Assembly: GCA_905331295.1 (NCBI GenBank)
Contig: CAJNYD010000132.1
Span: forward strand, 198,863-262,862
Reading direction: 5' to 3'
Origin: Rotaria socialis
Lineage: Eukaryota
DNA length: 64,000 bases
The translations under genes and the position numbers were made by a program. Every line of letters begins with the position of its first letter. Positions within the stretch are counted from its first letter, which is position 1. This document shows positions 58,606 to 64,000 of the stretch, one piece after another. The notes under the pieces are model-generated. The model searched no databases. It was not told the origin of the DNA and saw only the letters and a program-made list of their open reading frames with translations.

Positions 58606-61175
58606 TGGTCGTATCTAAGAAGGTACTTGACTTCGACAGAAAATGAAACGACAAAATGACAAATCTGAATACGAAAATAAAATATGACATAAAGTGTCTA
58701 TGCTTTTTATCAATAGATATCAACGAAAAACAAAAATAAACTTCGTTGGTAATTTCTATGAAAGCAAAGAACAGGTATAATAGGTTTTTCTCTTCCTTTC
58801 TTTCTGTGAACAATAATCGTCGAAAGGTTAAGCTATTATTAATAGATGAAACAAAAATTTGATTGGTAACAAACTCGTTGATGTTATCATTCGGTGATAT
58901 TATTCACGTGATAGGAAATTTAAGACTAACAATGAAATTAATAATTGAAATAAAGATACTATGAAAAAGCAAGTGATTGATAAAAAAAGAGTCAAAACTA
59001 GCATTTGAATATTTTTCTTATTGTTTCTATGTTACTGAAAAGTAAAATGTATTTGGTTCTCTATGTACCGAAAGTGTTAGATATGTACAGATAACATCAT
59101 TTTTGTTCGAACTTCTATCTGAAATATTCTTATAAATAGTGAGTGATGACTTTCTTGTTTTTTTTTCTTAAATATTTTAGTTTGAATAAATTATTAATTT
59201 TTCTACTATAATAATATCTATCCATTGATAAAACTTAAATTTATTGATGATAATAAAATGGTAAGAATGAGAAATTTCTTTGCAGAGTGTCAAATAGATT
59301 TTTGCAAAAATGTATTTAACATTTTCGATAGTGAATCATTCGTGTTCTGCACAAAGTTAAAAAATTCTACCGACGATAACTGTTGTCTAAAAGTATAAAA
59401 TTTATCGTACAATTGTAACCGACTACGAATTCAACGTTAAGAACAAACAAAATATACCCTACGACCTGTTTGTATAATCAAAACATAAAACCTAATAAAT
59501 CATAATGTGATAATTGTGCCAGTCTACTTGCATTGCATTGGTATATCATTAAGATAAATGCCACCTTGTATAAGCATTAGAGAAACTATAAAATTATAGC
59601 TATCATTAATTGAGTTTATTCAGTTCGTTTTGCATTGATTTGTTTTTGACCAAACTTTGTCTATTTACTAATGTTTTATAATGATAATAGTAGCGATAAG
59701 ATGTCTGGTACTGTTAATCAAGAAACAAATCAATCTGAGATGATGTTGAGTAATAATCTCGGGATTTTATTCTTCATTAAGATGTGATAGATAAAGAAAT
59801 AAGAATGGAAATTCGTTTATCTCAATCAGTGTATTGTAGAAATCTAGTACATTGTGTTATGTTTTGCACACTATCTATTTGGACTAGATCGTTAAACTGT
59901 TAGGTTCCAGGCACTTCTCATTTGGTTCGTCATACACGATAAGATAAATATCAAACGATCTATAGTGATAAAGACCAATGAAAAACGAGGAGCATATTAT
60001 CAATCAGCAAAGCACTGTTCGAATAAGTCCATAGAGACTGATTACTCTATTACTGATTATAAAGATGACAACAATTTTCCACAAGAGATGTATCTTGATA
60101 AGAATTAGTAGGTCAAAAACATTTTACATGAAGAGCATCACCAAATGACGTATAACCTATCACGATCAAAGACAAAAAGATGAGATTGACGAAGAAAGTC
60201 CTTCAAGTATTGAATCAATCTTTACTATAAACAATGCGCATAGTATAGACCTTGCTCAGCTATGCTTATCTTAAATAAAACTCTCGTAGGCCATTATTTC
60301 TTACTATCGAGATACAACAATTTGATGAAATTTTCTAATACCATTTCAGTATTCTCGTCATAATCACTTATAATATGATTTTTCTAATTGCACCTGACCA
60401 CGTAGCTTAGAAGAATTAATTATCAAAATACTTTGTTTTCAAAGTTTCCCAATTTTTTCCTGATCCTACTTAAAACTACAACATGTGTAAAACCGTACTT
60501 TTTATATAGTTCCTATAAATTTCAAATTCTTACTTCCAGATATAAATAATGACACTTTATGGAAATTTTACAATATAACTACTAACCTATTAAAGTCTCT
60601 ATATAGATGAAGCTTTCAGATTGAAAACTTTTTTTGTTTTCCGAGTATTCAAAGTGAAGATTATGAAATTCTATTTGAAATATTTTTAAAAGCATTTTAC
60701 ATATGATTCGGTCAGAAGAAGAATATTGTTTGGTCTAGCTACAAAATTTCTTACATCAGTCAAGCAATTCCTTTGGTACCTGTTCTAGAAAATGGGAAAT
60801 CTTTTGTTTTTTTTTCTCTTGTAATGGATCTCTTAATTTTACTGTGGTTCGTCTATCACATGATTTCAATAGTCATGAGTTTGAAAGTTTATCATTGTTA
60901 AATTACACATTGATGCTCATGTTCTATTCAAAATTACACATATTTATGACTTTAGTTAAGAATAATCGTAAATACACATAGTTTTTGAGATGAATATATT
61001 TTTTGTTATAAGCTCTAATGGTCTAGTTGATATTTATTAGTATCTTTGAAACAGAGAGAGATTTCGATTACATTTTAATCAAAAATGAAGGCAACTATAA
61101 TCCCGATATATATATATATATATAAAATACATAAAACAGTAGAATAGGAAAAAGTTGCAAACAAAAAAAAAACAT

Positions 61176-62303
61176 TTAACTGATTTCTAATACAAAAATA
61201 TAATCCGAAAGAAAATAATAACTTCGTTCCATATCACCTTCACATAGGTATGGCAATCGAGTTATTTTTTTCAAGCGAAAACCTAATGGTTGAAAAATAT
61301 TTGAAACAATTTCATTTATCTGTTCTTCAGGTAAGCGACCTTCTATATGAATTGATTCATCTGGACGATGATCTTTACTATATTCAAAATAAGGCTTGAA
61401 TGGTAAAACAAGACTCATTATAACGCGGCCATGATTAGGATTTGTATGTTCGCGAATTTTTTTCAGTAAACTCAATGGTTTTTCACAGCGATCAAGAACA
61501 TTCAAACATGTTATTACATCAAATTTTATATCTCCCCATTGGTCTACATCAAGTATTTCATAACCGTAATTTGAAAGACTCCATTGCATTACTTTCGACA
61601 TCTCAGTAGCGTAGACTTTTTCGAATAGGCTAGCCATTCTTCTAGTGACAGAGCCATCTCCAGCACCAATATCAAGAAGTGATTTGAATTTGAATTGTGA
61701 ATTATTATCGAGGCCAAGTAATGTTTTAAATTGATTAGTAGAATAAACAAACATACGACCACGACCAATTAAACCATTAGCTAAAATAAAATATAATGAT
61801 AAAAATGCTATAGACTTCTTAAAGAAAAAAAAAACAGTTTCGTCTGAAATGTTAAATAGATTTATAAATATCGAAAATTTCTTTGTAATAATTTTCAATT
61901 TATATAAAAGAAATCATTTCAATCTATGAGATTCTTTTGTGTCCAATGCTATTTATCTTCCATAAAAAGAACCTAAGAATATACCTGATGTTCGTGCAAT
62001 AAATACAGTCAATAAAGAACTAGCAAGACTATGAAGAACTTGTAGAGGTATATTGTCAGATCTGTTTTGACTTTGATCTATAAATTTAGTTGTTTCTTCA
62101 TCTTCATGAAATTCATGAAATAGTTCTCGAAGTTCTTCAAGTAAAAGATCACTTCGTGTTAAACGATACCATGTACGTCGATCAATATCTGCTAAATGTT
62201 GATCGCTTTCTATTTTTGTTAATGCAGCTTTAGCCCAACTGGAACGAACCGGTAAATAAGATGTTTTTTGACATTGAGAACAACATTCGTTGTTGTTTAT
62301 CAT
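61176..62303 (-). CDS. METTL9: METTL9/DREV protein-histidine methyltransferase (exons 62303-61985 and 61780-61176)
   Basis: WYRL..DEETTKFIDQS, RTS|ANGLIGRGRMFVYS, LLDIGAGDGSVT, CLNVLDRCEKP, TRLPYLCEGDM. Confidence 0.95.
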
Positions 62304-62908
62304 CTAAAAAATAAAGAAGCTGTATTTTATGGTTCTGCACAAAATCGAATGAATCGTCTATAGTTGATGAAAGATTAAACCCATTAAAAAAATCAGTTCC
62401 TTCAATATTATTATCTTTTATTTAAAAGATAAAGCTAAAGTATGTGTCAAAATTCTTAATCAAATTGATTGATAAATTCTGACGATACTATGCAAGAAAA
62501 CTAAAACGTATTAACGAAAACTAAAACTATGAATTAATCATATTTTCATTCTTCCATAATCCATCTATTTTCACTAAGCGTCTTCTGGGCAAGTCGCCGA
62601 ACATTATTCATTATAGTCTTCTTCACCATTAACATTTATTAAAGTAATACCAATACCTTTTTTTTGTATTTAATCTATGTACATTTGATCACATAGTTGT
62701 TTTTAAAATTTTCAGTACTCACATTATTAGTATCATGCATGAATAGAATTAATAATTATTTCCATGCAGCGTATGCTGACTTAGCCCAATCGTATATTTT
62801 TTATTTAATCTTCAAACGAAACAAGAAACGACAATTATAAGATGACAAAATAAAATAATCAATAGATAGATAGATATATATATATTTCGGAATAGAAAAA
62901 GAAAAATA

Positions 62909-64000
62909 TTAATTTCCTTCACAAATTACAGTAATAACACTAGCTTCCATAAGAACAGGATCTAAACATCTCATAGCCGTACTACTAACAATTTCTTCAA
63001 GTAGATTAGTTATAAATCTATCGTCGTTATTAACAAATGACCAAAGATAATTGTATAAATAATTAATATCAACTTGTACTTGTTGTAAACCATAACGTGA
63101 AAATGTTTTTAAACGAATACATTCTAAATATGTTTTTAAAAGTAATTTAATTATGCTAGATAAAATAGAAGTTTTTTGAAATTGTAAATCAATGAATATA
63201 TCTAATTTTTCATTGAATACTTTATGAAAATTAAGTTGAAGATTTCCCGTGGAACCAGCTGAACTACCTGGTCCACCGCTTGTTGCTCGATCAAGTGCTG
63301 AACTACGTGGCATTATTATTGTACGACGGCCACCATCAGAACTTCGAGCTCCTCCACTAACTAAATTCGAACGATGATAATAACGACCATAAGACGATGA
63401 TAATGGTGCTGGTGATTGTTGATCATTATACAGCGTTTTGACTTGTTTATCTATTTGAGTTAAATCTTCAATAATACGTTTCATGACTGAACGAACATGT
63501 CTTGGTTCGACAGTATTCAACCAATCTCGAGTTTCAATGGATTTACGAAGCATTTGAGACAATGTGAAACCTTGAGAACAAATATATTGTTTAAGTAATT
63601 GTTTGGCAATAACACTAAATTGTTTTTGAACTGCAATTAATTTCGAACGATCAATTGAAAATGATGATGATCCACTTTTTTGATTATCGCCTAAATAGTT
63701 GAGAGAATGATAAAGAAATTTATTTAATGAACACTATATATATATATATATATACTTCGTTGATTATTTTCAAGAATAAAATGAAACTTTTCTTCAAATA
63801 CCGTACATAAATAAGGCGTTGAACTTGAATCAAAATCAAGTATTAATTTACTCAAGATAAGTAAAAGAATTGGCGGTGATGATTGTTCATGTCTTATCAT
63901 TGTCGAATGATTACTTGCTGTTGTATACTCATGTTCAAAATAGGTTATTAAACGTTCTAATAATGTTAAAAAGAATCCGTTCCATACATGATTTGTAGCA
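62909..64000 (-). CDS. VPS51: VPS51 (GARP/EARP subunit), 3' part; intron ~63691-63755
   Basis: QGFTLSQMLRKSIETRDWLNTVEPRHVRSVMKR, LKTYLECIRLKTFSRYGLQQVQVD, RCLDPVLMEASVITVICE. Confidence 0.95.

Overview
This is AT-rich eukaryotic (animal) genomic DNA with many ~55-70 nt GT-AG introns. Composition, intron style and the TGAGGG/TGTGGG repeats suggest a bdelloid rotifer (inference, not proven). Positions 1-41.6 kb are gene-dense: alpha-catenin (-, 3' end outside the window), cullin-2, an RNF217-like RBR ligase, GTPBP3/MnmE, SCO, a GLD-2/TENT2 poly(A) polymerase, a divergent VEGFR/PDGFR-like receptor kinase (-), Wntless and GPR155/LYCHOS. Positions 41.6-61 kb are accessory: a deleted pogo/Tigger element, a 576-bp spacerless palindrome, an NCS calcium sensor with a long tail, Penelope, hAT and EnSpm-like relics, and two orphan genes, one with PP1-docking motifs. 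METTL9 and the 3' part of VPS51 (both -) close the window. Leading candidates for new biology: an operon-like GTPBP3-SCO-GLD2 cluster (86 and 65 bp gaps, unpaired splice acceptors); hidden alternative first and last exons bracketing the alpha-catenin M region; the perfect palindrome; an in-frame mini-transposase joined by telomere-like filler; and a non-RD receptor kinase lacking the tyrosine-kinase P+1 loop. Exon structures were read by eye and no database searches were run.
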